This document shows positions 45,415-57,719 of a DNA stretch of 64,000 nucleotides, one piece after another; position 1 is the first letter of the stretch, and the number at the start of each line of letters is the position of its first letter. Origin of the DNA: Eledone cirrhosa (lineage: Eukaryota). Where the stretch lies: assembly GCA_964016885.1 (NCBI GenBank), contig OZ024744.1, positions 104,470,001 to 104,534,000 on the forward strand. Direction: 5' to 3'. Position numbers and translations under genes: made by a program. The notes beneath the pieces were generated by a model. It searched no databases. It was not told the origin of the DNA and worked only from the letters and a program-made list of their open reading frames with translations.

Positions 45415-47122
45415 CTCTTTAGCATTTAAACCGGCCATATCCGGCCAGAATTCTCTCACCTTTTTCTGTTTAAACTGGCTGTAACTGGCTACTCATACTG
45501 ATGTTAAGGTATTGTATTCAAAATAAACAATATCAAAACCCTCATAGATTCGATATTATGTGAGGTTAAACCTTTACTGTGAAAATACAACAGTAAATAT
45601 AGAGTAATGTAAATGTTATGTGAGATAAAACCTTTACTGTGAAAATACAATAGTAAATATAGAGTAATGTAAATATTATGTGAGATAAAACCTTTACTGT
45701 GAAAATACAATAGTAAATATAGAGTAATGTAGATATTATGTGAGATAAAACCTTTACTGTGAAAATACAATAGTAAATATAGAATAATGTAGATATTATG
45801 TGAGATAAAACCTTTACTGTGAAAATACAATAGTAAATATAGAATAATGTAGATATTATGTGAGATAAAACCTTTACTGTGAAAATACAATAGTAAATAT
45901 AGAGTAATGTAAATGTTATGAGAGATAAAACCTTTACTGTGAAAATACAATAGTAAATATAGAGTAATGTAAATGTTATGTGAGATAAAACCTTTACTGT
46001 GAAAATACAATAGTAAATATAGAGTAATGTAAATGTTATGAGAGATAAAACCTTTACTGTGAAAATACAATAGTAAATATAGAGTAATGTAGATATTATG
46101 TGAGATAAAACCTTTACTGTGAAAATAAAATAGTAAATATAGAATAATGTAGATATTATGTGAGATAAAACCTTTACTGTGAAAATACAATAGTAAATAT
46201 AGAGTAATGTAGATATTATGTGAGATAAAACCTTTACTGTGAAAATACAATAGTAATATAGAGTAATGTAGATATTATGTGAGATAAAACCTTTACTGTG
46301 AAAATACAATAGTATATATAGAGTAATGTAGATATTATGTGAGATAAAACCTTTACTGTGAAAATACAATAGTAAATATAGAGTAATGTAGATATTATGT
46401 GAGATAAAACCTTTACTGTGAAAATACAATAGTAAATATAGAGTAATGTAGATATTATGTGAGATAAAACCTTTACTGTGAAAATACAATAGTATATATA
46501 GAATAATGTAGATATTATGTGAGGTAAAACCTTTACTGTGAAAATACAATAGTAAATATAGAGTAATGTAGATGTTATGTGAGATAAAACCTTTACTGTG
46601 AAAATACAATAGTAAATATAGAGTAATGTAGATATTATGTGAGATAAAACCTTTACTGTGAAAATACAATAGTAAATATAGAGTAATGTAGATATTATGT
46701 GAGATAAAACCTTTACTGTGAAAATACAATAGTAAATATAGAGTAATGTAGATATTATGTAAGATAAAACCTTTACTGTGAAAATACAATAGTATATATA
46801 GAATAATGTAGATATTATGTGAGGTAAAACCTTTACTGTGAAAATACAATAGTAAATATAGAGTAATGTAGATGTTATGTGAGATAAAACCTTTACTGTG
46901 AAAATACAATAGTAAATATAGAGTAATGTAGATATTATGTGAGATAAAACCTTTACTGTGAAAATACAATAGTAAATATAGAGTAATGTAGATATTATGT
47001 GAGATAAAACCTTTACTGTGAAAATACAATAGTAAATATAGAATAATGTAAATATTATGTGAGATAAAACCTTTACTGTGAAAATACAATAGTAAATATA
47101 GAGTAATGTAAATGCTGAAGGG
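45415..47122 (+). mobile_element. piggyBac-type MITE expanded by an internal minisatellite
   Basis: Left end TTAA-CTCTTTAGCATTTAAA and right end TAAATGCTGAAGGG-TTAA. The first ~180 bp match the other MITE copies. Confidence 0.9.
45552..47114. repeat. 60-bp minisatellite (~26 copies) derived from the MITE subterminal region
   Basis: Unit GATATTATGTGAGATAAAACCTTTACTGTGAAAATACAATAGTAAATATAGAGTAATGTA. It is single-copy in the other MITEs. Confidence 0.97.
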
Positions 47123-47220
47123 TTAAATGATATAAAGTAAACAAGTGATTTCTTGAATAGAAAAGACTACAACTATTGGGGGGGTCATTCAATATAATTC
47201 ATCACAGTATTGATTTTAGT

Positions 47221-47609
47221 CTTCTTCTTTGTCCACTTATTCCTGAGAGGGTTGTGGGAGGCAGAGTCTTCAAACACTCCTTCCAGCAGGTACTGTCAGA
47301 AGCAACCATTTCCAACTGATCTGGCTGGATCCCCAATTGTGACCAACCAAGCTCATGGATGTTATCCAACCATCTTGCTTGGAATCTACCCCTCGGTCTC
47401 TTGCTGATTGGTTTTGCCCATAAAATCTGTCCAGCAATTCCTTCCTAAGACATTCTAACCACATGTCCATAGTATTGTCGTTGTGATCGCTCAATTCGGA
47501 AAAGTAACGACTCTACCTGCAGTAACTCTCTGATCTTTGAGCTACGGACTCTATCAAGTAACGTTACTCCAGAAACCCTTTAGAGGAACCCCATTCTAGC
47601 TGCTTGTAT
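47221..47609 (-). mobile_element. 3' fragment of the same RTE LINE family as 39395-41124
   Basis: Begins CTTCTTCTTTGTCCACTTATTCCTGAGAGGG, the reverse complement of the LINE 3' end. The translation QDGWITSMSL matches ORF 40887. Confidence 0.88.
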
Positions 47610-47610
47610 A

Positions 47611-47769
47611 AGCGGTGAATTGGCAGAGTCTATGAACATCAAGTAGAATGCTTCGTGGTATTCATTCCAACTGTCTGCTCTCTGAGTTCAAATCCCACCA
47701 AGGTCAACTTTACCTTTCATCCATATGAGGTTGATAAAAAAAAGTACCAGTCTAGTACTGGGGTCGATT
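47611..47769 (+). mobile_element. SINE family A, 3'-truncated
   Basis: GCGGTGAATTGGCAGAGTC head, GAGTTCAAATCC B box and GGTCAACTTTACCTTTCATCC body. Confidence 0.85.
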
Positions 47770-47888
47770 CTTCCTCTATATCTCATTCTCACTTCTATTC
47801 TTTCACTCTCTCTATCCTTCTCTGGAAGAAATTGTTTTTGGCAATTAATAAACCTCAGAAGGATAAATGGTAATGGTGACATAATTAA

Positions 47889-48034
47889 ATAATTGTTTTT
47901 AATCTAGACACAAAGCCATCAATGTAGGGGAAGTGAGAGTCGATCAAACCAACCCCAGTATTTAACTGGTACTTTATTTTATCAAACCCCAGAAGGATGA
48001 GGGGCAAAGTTGACCTAAGTAGGATTTGAACTCA
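47889..48034 (-). mobile_element. SINE family A, 3' half
   Basis: CCCCAGTATTTAACTGGTACTTTATTTTATC...GGCAAAGTTGACC...GATTTGAACTCA. Confidence 0.82.
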
Positions 48035-48136
48035 ATGTTTTTTTAATAATAAAACATTTTAATCCCTTGTATTTATTTTTCCAAACTATTGCTCTAATAA
48101 TAATCTGAAATGTAGTTGTAGCAACATAAATGACAA

Positions 48137-48230
48137 TAATTGTTTCTACTTTTGGCACAAGGCCAGCAATTATCCCAGTGCATTACTGATACTTTATTTT
48201 ATCAACCCCGTAAGGATGAAAGGCAAAGTT
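48137..48230 (-). mobile_element. SINE family A, 3' fragment
   Basis: Reverse complement of about 48632-48725. Confidence 0.82.
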
Positions 48231-48536
48231 AAATGATTATAATAATAGTCAATCCCAATAAACAATAGTTGAGAAAATTGGGTAAAGTAACCTGGGAGAT
48301 GGCAAAAAAGGCGTGGACAGAGGCATCTGTGAGGAATTAAACCCCGCATTACTCTGATGCCAGGAGAGTACCTTTCAGTTAAGGGGTCCCTAGCCACCAA
48401 TTGTTGTCATTTAGTAAATTGTAAGTCTGTAAGTAGAAGTGTGAACATCTAGTTGTCTTCAGAAACATTGGGAAAATTTGAAATATAGTCGTCCCAATGT
48501 AAATTATAATAGTTGATCATTATAAATAATAGTAAG

Positions 48537-48725
48537 GGCGGTGGATTAGCAGTATCGGTAGAGGGTCGGACGCCATGCTTTCCAGCATAGTTACGTCCCT
48601 TTACGATCTGATTTCAAATCCCGCCGAGGTTGACTTTGCCTTTCATCCTTATGGGGTCGATAAAATAAAGTACCAGTAATGTACTGGGTATTTGCTGGCC
48701 TTGTGCCTAAAGTAGAAACAATTAT
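48537..48725 (+). mobile_element. tRNA-derived SINE (family A), full length
   Basis: GGCGGTGGATTAGCAGTATCGGTAG head, GATTTCAAATCC B-box variant, conserved body and AT-rich tail. Confidence 0.9.
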
Positions 48726-49071
48726 AAATAATAATTGAGAAAATGATGTTTTGTTTTCTTTTAACACAGCACAGTAGCCAACAAGACATTGGTCAAATGC
48801 TTGTATGGTCAGCAAACTTCTAGATATAATAGTGCTGTATGGTTTCATGTCACAGGTAACATTAACAACAATATCATTTGTAGAATCTAGTTAAAGTATT
48901 CAGAGTCAAGAGTCTGTGTGGTCTATAAGAAACACCGAATGATATCTTTACATTTCTTAGTGGTAAGAATATCTCATCATATGGGAACACTGGCTGTGTG
49001 ATTTTAGGTGCCCTGAAACTGAATATAAAATATAAAAATTAAGATTAATTTTATTGTTGTTCAACCTGCTT

Positions 49072-49633
49072 CCTTTCATCTATATTGAGAACGACATCAT
49101 CAACACAACCTTTCACCTATATTGAGAACAACATCATCAACACAACCTTTCATCTATATTGAGAGCGACATCATCAACACAACCTTTCACCTATATTGAG
49201 AACGACATCATCAACACAACCTTTCACCTATATTGAGAACGACATCATCAACACAACCTTTAACCTATATTGAGAACGACATCCTCAACACAACCTTTCA
49301 CCTATATTGAGAACGACATCATCAACACAACCTTTCACCTATATTGAGAACGACATCATCAACACAACCTTTAACCTATATTGAGAACAACATCATCAAC
49401 ACAACCTTTCACCTATATTGAGAGCGACATCATCAACACAACCTTTCACCTATATTGAGAGCGACATCATCAACACAACCTTTCACCTATATTGAGAACG
49501 ACATCATCAACACAACCTTTCACCTATATTGAGAACGACATCCTCAACACAACCTTTCACCTTTATTGAGAGCGACATCATCAACACAACCTTTCACCTA
49601 TATTGAGAGCGACATCATCAACACAACCTTTCA
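49072..49633. repeat. Intronic minisatellite, 37-bp monomer CCTTTCACCTATATTGAGAACGACATCATCAACACAA (~15 copies)
   Basis: Period 37 read directly (49081 to 49118). Confidence 0.96.
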
Positions 49634-49995
49634 ACCAAAAACGCAGTTTTCTGCAATAAAATGCAGCAAATCTCCAGTTGGAATACTTAATTTTTATATA
49701 TCAAACCACCTGAAAACACCCTTTGCTTTACAATACAAAACAGTTTGTTTTAAAGTGTTTATATTTATCTAAAAGACATTCCATCATAATTTGTTAAGTT
49801 ATGCTCCTTTGTTAAGTTATGCTCCAAACACCAACTTAATAATGAAAAATATTAGAAAATCCCTCAAAATTCTTGATTGAGAGCCATAGTCATCTTTCAT
49901 AAGAAATATGATAATGAAAGGGTTAATGTATAGGTGGGGCGTGAGAGGGTTACTAGCTTTGTATATTGCTTTGCCCTGTGTTCTAAATATTCTTA

Positions 49996-50083
49996 ATGGT
50001 TGCTTCTGACAGGACTTCCTGGAACGAGTGTTTGAGGACTCTGGCCCCATGACCCTCTCAGGAATAAGTGGGCAAAGAAGAAG
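49996..50083 (+). mobile_element. Short 3'-end fragment of the RTE LINE family
   Basis: GGTTGCTTCTGACA...CCCTCTCAGGAATAAGTGGGCAAAGAAGAAG matches 41037-41124. Confidence 0.85.
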
Positions 50084-50206
50084 GTGGCGGCGAGAGCTGT
50101 CAACATCATCTATAACCATTGGTTATTGATCTACTTGTCAGTTTAGTGGTTGTTAAACATTCAGTTCCAACCCAAACAGTATTTCTTTAAATGCCTGAAA
50201 ACTTAC

Positions 50207-50342
50207 CTTCAGCAATAAGAGTCACATCACACAAAATTTTGTCATGTTTTAATTTATTAAGACCCTGTAGAATCTTCATGCCATGTTCTTTCTCCTCTGC
50301 CTTTAAGCTTCCATTTTGTTTTTTATCTGAACATTCAGCCAT
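50207..50342 (-). CDS. First coding exon of the Kelch-like gene (N-terminus and start of the BTB domain)
   Basis: Translates as MAECSDKKQNGSLKAEEKEHGMKILQGLNKLKHDKILCDVTLIAE(G), with the typical LCDVTL BTB start. It ends at a G|GTAAGT donor in phase 1, matching the acceptor at 43533. The joined protein is 593 aa. There is an in-frame TGA upstream of the ATG and a probable exon acceptor TTTGACAG at 50416-50418. This exon is not in the supplied ORF track. Confidence 0.93.
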
Positions 50343-50524
50343 AGTAGTAGCAGATGACTTAAATCAGCAAGATAGAATAATGTCCATCATCGTCATTCCA
50401 ATATCTATCTGTCATCTGTCAAATAAAAACAAAACATAACAAAATTAGAAATAGAAGCTTTCACCGTATATTTTGACTGACCAAATATTTGAAATATACT
50501 TATAGAATATAATATTATACATTG

Positions 50525-53500
50525 TGTCTTAGACATCATCATCATCATATTGTGTGTAGTAATGTCTTAGACAACATACTGTGTATAGTAATGTCTTAGA
50601 CATCATATTGTGTGTAGTAATGTGTTAGACATCATAGTGTGTGTAGTAATGTCTTAGACATCATATTGTGTGTAGTAATGTCTTAGACATCATATTGTGT
50701 GTAGTAATGTCTTAGACATCATATTGTGTGTAGTAATGTGTTAGACATCATAGTGTGTGTAGTAATGTCTTAGACATCATATTGTGTGTAGTAATGTCTT
50801 AGATATCATATTGTGTGTAGTAATGTGTTAGACATCATATTGTTTGTAGTAATGTCTTAGACATCATAGTGTGTGTAGTAATGTCTTAGACATCATACTG
50901 TGTGTAGTAATGTCTTAGACATCATAGTGTGTGTAGTAATGTCTTAGACATCAGCGTGTGTGTAGTAATGTCTTAGACATCATACTGTGTGTAGTAATGT
51001 CTTAGACATCATATTGTGTAGTAATGTCTTAGACATCATATTGTATGTAATAATGTCTCGGACATCATATTGTGTGTAGTAATGTCTTAGACATCATATT
51101 GTTTGTAGTAATGTCTTAGACATCATAATGTGTGTAGTAATGTCTTAGACATCATACTGTGTGTAGTAATGTCTTAGACATCATAGTGTGTGTAGTAATG
51201 TCTTAGACATCAGCGTGTGTGTAGTAATGTCTTAGACATCATACTGTGTGTAGTAATGTCTTAGACATCATAGTGTGTGTAGTAATGTCTTAGACATCAG
51301 AGTGTGTGTAGTAATGTCTTGGGCATCATATTGTGTAGTAATGTCTTAGACATCATACTGTGTGTAGTAATGTCTTAGACATCATATTGTGTAGTAATGT
51401 CTTAGACATCATACTGTGTGTAGTAATGTCTTAGACATCATACTGTGTGTAGTAATGTCTTAGACATTATATTGTGTAGTAATGTCTTAGACATTATATT
51501 GTGTAGTAATGTCTTAGACATCATATGGTATGTAATAATGTCTCGGACATCATAGTGTGTAATAATGTCTTAGACATCATATAGTGTGTAGTAATGTCTT
51601 AGACATCATAGTGTGTGTAGTAATGTTCTAGACATCATAGTGTGTAGTAATATCTTAGACATCATATTGTGTGTAGTAATGTCTTAGACATCATATTGTG
51701 TGTAGTAATGTCTTAGACATCAGTGTGTGTAGTAATGTCAGACATCATATTGTGTAGTAATGTCTTAGACATCATATTGTGTGTAGTAATGTCTTAGACA
51801 TCATAGTGTGTGTAGTAATGTCTTAGACATCATATTGTGTGTAGTAATGTCTTAGACATCATATAGTGTGTAGTAATGTCTTAGACATCATATTGTGTGT
51901 AGTAATGTCTTAGACATCATATTGTGTGTAGTAATGTCTTAGACATCATATTGTGTGTAGTAATGTCTTAGACATCATATTGTGTAGTAATGTCTTAGAC
52001 ATATTGTGTAGTAATGTCTTAGACATCATATTGTGTAGTAATGTGTTAGACATCATATTGTGTAGTAATGTCTTAGACATCATATTGTGTGTAGTAATGT
52101 CTCAGACATCATATTGTGTAGTAATGTCTTAGACATCATATTGTGTGTAGTAATGTCTTAGCCATCATATTGTGTAGTAATGTGTTAGACATCATATTGT
52201 GTAGTAATGTCTTAGACATCATATTGTGTAGTAATATCTTAGACATCATAGTGTGTGTAGTAATGTCTTAGACATCATATTGTGTGTAGTAATGTCTTAG
52301 ACATCATATTGTGTAGTAATATCTTAGACATCATAGTGTGTGTAGTAATGTCTTAGACATCATATTGTGTGTAGTAATGTCTTCGACATCATATTGTGTA
52401 GTAATATCTTCGACATCATAGTGTGTGTAGTAATGTCTTAGACATCATAGTGTGTGTAGTAATGTCTTAGACATCATATTGTGTGTAGTAATGTCTTAGA
52501 CATCATATTGTACGTAGTAATGTCTTAGACATCATATTGTGTAATAATGTCTTAGACATCATATTGTGTGTAGTAATGTCTTAGACATCATAGTGTGTAG
52601 TAATGTCTTAGACATCATAGTGTGTGTAGTAATGTCTTAGACACCATATTGTGTGTAGTAATGTCTTAGACATCATATTGTGTAGTAATATCTTAGACAT
52701 CATAGTGTGTGTAGTAATGTCTTAGACATCATATTGTACGTAGTAATGTCTTAGACATCATATTGTGTAATAATGTCTTAGACATCATATTGTGTGTAGT
52801 AATGTCTTAGACATCATAGTGTGTAGTAATGTCTTAGACATCATAGTGTGTGTAGTAATGTCTTGGACATCATATTGTGTAGTAATGTGTGAGACATCAT
52901 ATTGTGTAGTAATGTCTTAGACATCATATTGTATGTAATAATGTCTCAGACATCATATTGTGTGTAGTAATGTCTTAGACATCATATAGTGTGTAGTAAT
53001 GTCTTAGACATCATATTGTGTGTAGTAATGTCTTAGACATCATATTGTGTAGTAATGTCTTAGAAATCATACTGTGTGTAGTAATGTCTTAGATATCATA
53101 TTGTGTAGTAATGTTTTAGACATCATACTGTGTGTAGTAATGTCCTAGACATCATATTGTGTGTAGTAATGTCTTAGACATCATATTGTGTGTAGTAATG
53201 TCTTAGACATCATATTGTGTAGTAATGTCTTAGACATCATATTGTGTAGTAATGTCTTAGACATCATATTGTGTAGTAATGTGTTAGACATCATATTGTG
53301 TAGTAATGTCTTAGACATCATATTGTGTGTAGTAATGTCTTAGACAACATACTGTGTGTAGTAATGTCTTAGATATCATATTGTGTAGTAATGTTTTAGA
53401 CATCATACTGTGTGTAGTAATGTCCTAGACATCATATTGTGTGTAGTAATGTCTTAGACATCATATTGTGTGTAGTAATGTCTTAGACATCATATTGTGT

Positions 53501-56500
53501 AGTAATATCTTAGACATCATAGTGTGTGTAGTAATGTCTTAGACATCATATTGTGTGTAGTAATGTCTTAGACATCATATTGTGTGGTAATATCTTAGAC
53601 ATCATAGTGTGTGTAGTAATGTCTTAGACATCATAGTGTGTGTAGTAATGTCTTAGACATCATAGTGTGTGTAGTAATGTCTTAGACATCATATTGTGTG
53701 TAGTAATGTCTCAGACATCATATTGTGTAGTAATGTCTTAGACATCATATTGTGTGTAGTAATGTCTTAGACATCATATTGTATAGTAATGTCTTAGACA
53801 TCATAGTGTGCGTAGTAATGTCTTAGACATCATAGTGTGCGTAGTAATGTCTTAGACATCATACTGTGTGTAGTAATGTCTTAGACATCATAGTGTGTGT
53901 AGTAATGTCTTAGACATCATAGTGTGTGTAGTAATGTCTTAGACATCATAGTGTGTGTAGTAATGTCTTAGACATCATATAGTGTGTAGTAATGTCTCAG
54001 ACATCATACTGTGTGTAGTAATGTCTTAGACATCATATTGTGTGTAGTAATTTCTTAGACATCATATCGTGTGTAGTAATGTCTTAGACATCATATTGTG
54101 TGTAGTAATGTCTTAGACATCATATTGTGTGTAGTAATGTCTTAGACATCATAGTGTGTGTAGTAATGTCTTAGACACCATATTGTGTGTAGTAATGTCT
54201 TAGACATCATATTATGTAGTAATGTCTTAGACATCATAGTGTGTGTAGTAATGTTCTAGACATCATAGTGTGTAGTAATATCTTAGACATCATATTGTGT
54301 GTAGTAATGTCTTAGACATCATATTGTGTGTAGTAATGTCTTAGACATCAGTGTGTGTAGTAATGTCAGACATCATATTGTGTAGTAATGTCTTAGACAT
54401 CATATTGTGTAGTAATGTCTTAGACATCATATTGTGTGTAGTAATGTCTTAGACATCATATTGTGTAGTAATGTCTTAGACATCATATTGTGTGTAGTAA
54501 TGTCTTAGACATCATAGTCTGTGTAGTAATGTCTTAGACATCATATTGTGTAGTAATGTCTTAGACATCATAGTGTGTAGTAGTCTTAGACATCATAGTG
54601 TGTATTAATGTCTTAGACATCATATTGTGTGTAGTAATGTCCTAGACATCAGTGTGTAGTAATGTCAGACATCATATTGTGTAGTAATGTCTTAGACATC
54701 ATATTGTGTAGTAATGTCTAAGACATCATATTGTGTGTAGTAATGTCTTAGACATCATATTGTGTGTAGTAATGTCTTAGATATCATAGTGTGTGTAGTA
54801 ATGTCTTAGATATCATAGTGTGTAGTAATGTCTTAGACATCATATTGTGTAGTAATGTCTTAGATATCATATTGTGTGTAGTAATGTCTTAGACATCATA
54901 GTGTGTAGTAATGTCTTAGACATCATAGTGTGTAGTAATGTCTTAGACATCATAGTGTGTGTAGTAATGTCTTAGACATCATAGTGTGTGTAGTAATGTC
55001 TTAGACATCATAGCGTGTGTAGTAATGTCTTAGACATCATATTGTGTGTAGTAATGTCTTAGATATCATAGTGTGTGTAGTAATGTCTTAGATATCATAG
55101 TGTGTAGTAATGTCTTAGATATCATAGTGTGTAGTAATGTCTTAGACATCATATTGTGTAGTAATGTCTTAGATATCATATTGTGTGTAGTAATGTCTTA
55201 GACATCATAGTGTGTAGTAATGTCTTAGACATCATAGTGTGTAGTAATGTCTTAGACATCATAGTGTGTCTAGTAATGTCTTAGACATCATAGTGTGTGT
55301 AGTAATGTCTTAGACATCATAGTGTAGTAATGTCTTAGACATCATAGTGTGTAGTAATGTCTTAGACATCATATTGTGTAGTAATGTCTTAGACATCATA
55401 TTGTGTGTAGTAATGTCTTAGACATCATAGTGTGTGTAGTAATGTCTTAGACATCATACTGTGTGTAGTAATGTCTTAGATATCATATTGTGTGTAGTAA
55501 TGTCTTAGACATCATATTGTGTGTAGTAATGTCTTAGACATCATAGTGTGTGTAGTAATGTCTTAGACATCATAGTGTGTGTATTAATGTCTTAGACATC
55601 ATATTGTGTGTAGTAATGTCTTAGACATCATATTGTGTGTAGTAATGTCTTAGACATCATATTGTGTGTAGTAATGTCTTAGACATCATACTGTGTGTAG
55701 TAATGTCTTAGACATCATAGTGTGTGTAGTAATGTCTTAGACATCATATTGTGTGTAGTAATGTCTTAGACATCATACTGTGTGTAGTAATGTCTTAGAC
55801 ATCATATTGTGTGTAGTAATGTCTTAGACATCATATTGTGTGTAGTAATGTCTTAGACATCATATTGTGTGTAGTAATGTCTTAGACATCATATTGTGTG
55901 TAGTAATGTCTTAGACATCATACTGTGTGTAGTAATGTCTTAGACATCATAGTGTGTGTAGTAATGTCTTAGACATCATAGTGTGTGTAGTAATGTCTTA
56001 GACATCATAGTGTGTGTAGTAATGTCTTAGACATCATAGTGTGTGTAGTAATGTCTTAGACATCATATTGTGTGTAGTAATGTCTTAGACATCATAATGT
56101 GTGTAGTAATGTCTTAGACATCATAGTGTGTAGTAATGTCTTAGACATCATATTGTGTGTAGTAATGTCTTAGACATCATATTGTATAGTAATGTCTTAG
56201 ACATCATAGTGTGCGTAGTAATGTCTTAGACATCATACTGTGTGTAGTAATGTCTTAGATATCATAGTGTGTGTAGTAATGTCTTAGACATCATAGTGTG
56301 TGTAGTAATGTCTTAGACATCATATTGTGTGTAGTAATGTCTTAGACATCATAGTGTGTGTAGTAATGTCTTAGACATCATAGTGTGTAGTAATGTCTTA
56401 GACATCATATTGTGTGTAGTAATGTCTTAGACATCATATTGTATAGTAATGTCTTAGACATCATAGTGTGCGTAGTAATGTCTTAGACATCATAGTGTGT

Positions 56501-57384
56501 GTAGTAATGTCTTAGACATCATAGTGTGTAGTAATGTCTTAGACATCATATTGTGTGTAGTAATGTCTTAGACATCATACTGTGTGTAGTAATGTCTTAG
56601 ACATCATAGTGTGTGTAGTAATGTCTTAGACATCATATTGTGTAGTAATGTCTTAGACATCATAGTGTGCGTAGTAATGTCTTAGACATCATAGTGTGTG
56701 TAGTAATGTCTTAGACATCATAGTGTGTAGTAATGTCTTAGACATCATATTGTGTGTAGTAATGTCTTAGACATCATACTGTGTGTAGTAATGTCTTAGA
56801 CATCATAGTGTGCGTAGTAATGTCTTAGACATCATACTGTGTGTAGTAATGTCTTAGATATCATAGTGTGTGTAGTAATGTCTTAGACATCATACTGTGT
56901 GTAGTAATGTCTTAGACATCATAGTGTGTGTAGTAATGTCTTAGACATCATAGTGTGTGTAGTAATGTCTTAGACATCATAGTGTGTGTAGTAATGTCTT
57001 AGACATCATATTGTGTGTAGTAATGTCTTAGATATCATAGTGTGTGTAGTAATGTCTTAGACATCATACTGTGTGTAGTAATGTCTTAGACATCATAGTG
57101 TGTGTAGTAATGTCTTAGACATCATATTGTGTGTAGTAATGTCTTAGACATCATATTGTATAGTAATGTCTTAGACATCATAGTGTGTGTAGTAATGTCT
57201 TAGACATCATACTGTGTGTAGTAATGTCTTAGATATCATAGTGTGTGTAGTAATGTCTTAGACATCATATTGTGTGTAGTAATGTCTTAGACATCATATT
57301 GTATAGTAATGTCTTAGACATCATAGTGTGTGTAGTAATGTCTTAGACATCATAGTGTGTGTAGTAATGTCTTAGACATCATAT
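50525..57384. repeat. Satellite array, 29-bp monomer TAGTAATGTCTTAGACATCATATTGTGTG with 27-bp variants (~240 copies)
   Basis: Period 29 read directly (50644 to 50673). Variation is concentrated in the ATT/AGT/ACT and (TG)n part. Confidence 0.98.
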
Positions 57385-57449
57385 CGTCTCAATGTTGATC
57401 AATTAAGAGTCATTATATTGATCAATCAAATATGACTCTTAATGAATGA

Positions 57450-57540
57450 CTATTTCTAACTTTGACTCAAGACCAATAATTTAGAAAGAAGGAAAAGTCA
57501 ATTATATTAACCTCAGTATTTAACTGGTACTATATTTTAC
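57450..57540 (-). mobile_element. Degenerate 3' fragment of SINE family A
   Basis: CCTCAGTATTTAACTGGTACT hairpin motif, preceded by a purine run as in the other minus-strand copies. Confidence 0.55.
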
Positions 57541-57719
57541 ACACAAATATTCAATTGTTGTGCATGTTGTCACAAGAGAAGAGCTAACTAAGGTTACTCA
57601 ACATCATCATCTTCATATTTATGTTGACGTTTCCATGCTACCATTGGATAGATGGGACTTTGTGAGGCAGCTGAATGCCCTTACTCACAGCAATTCCTTT
57701 AGTTGCTTCTTACGGCATA

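Noticed and set aside
45504-47089. 507-aa and 248-aa hydrophobic repeat ORFs
   Set aside because: They come from the 60-bp MITE-derived minisatellite, which happens to be stop-free and a multiple of 3. The starts are non-ATG and the region is intronic.
48770-48855. Possible plus-strand exon (TTTTAACACAG...CAG|GTAAC, one open frame); similar signals at about 36298-36415
   Set aside because: There is no recognisable protein similarity or partner exon, and the second segment has stops in all frames. It cannot be supported without transcripts.
49072-57384. CRISPR-like appearance of the 37-bp and palindromic 29-bp repeats
   Set aside because: The units are head-to-tail with no unique spacers, there are no cas genes, and the context is eukaryotic.
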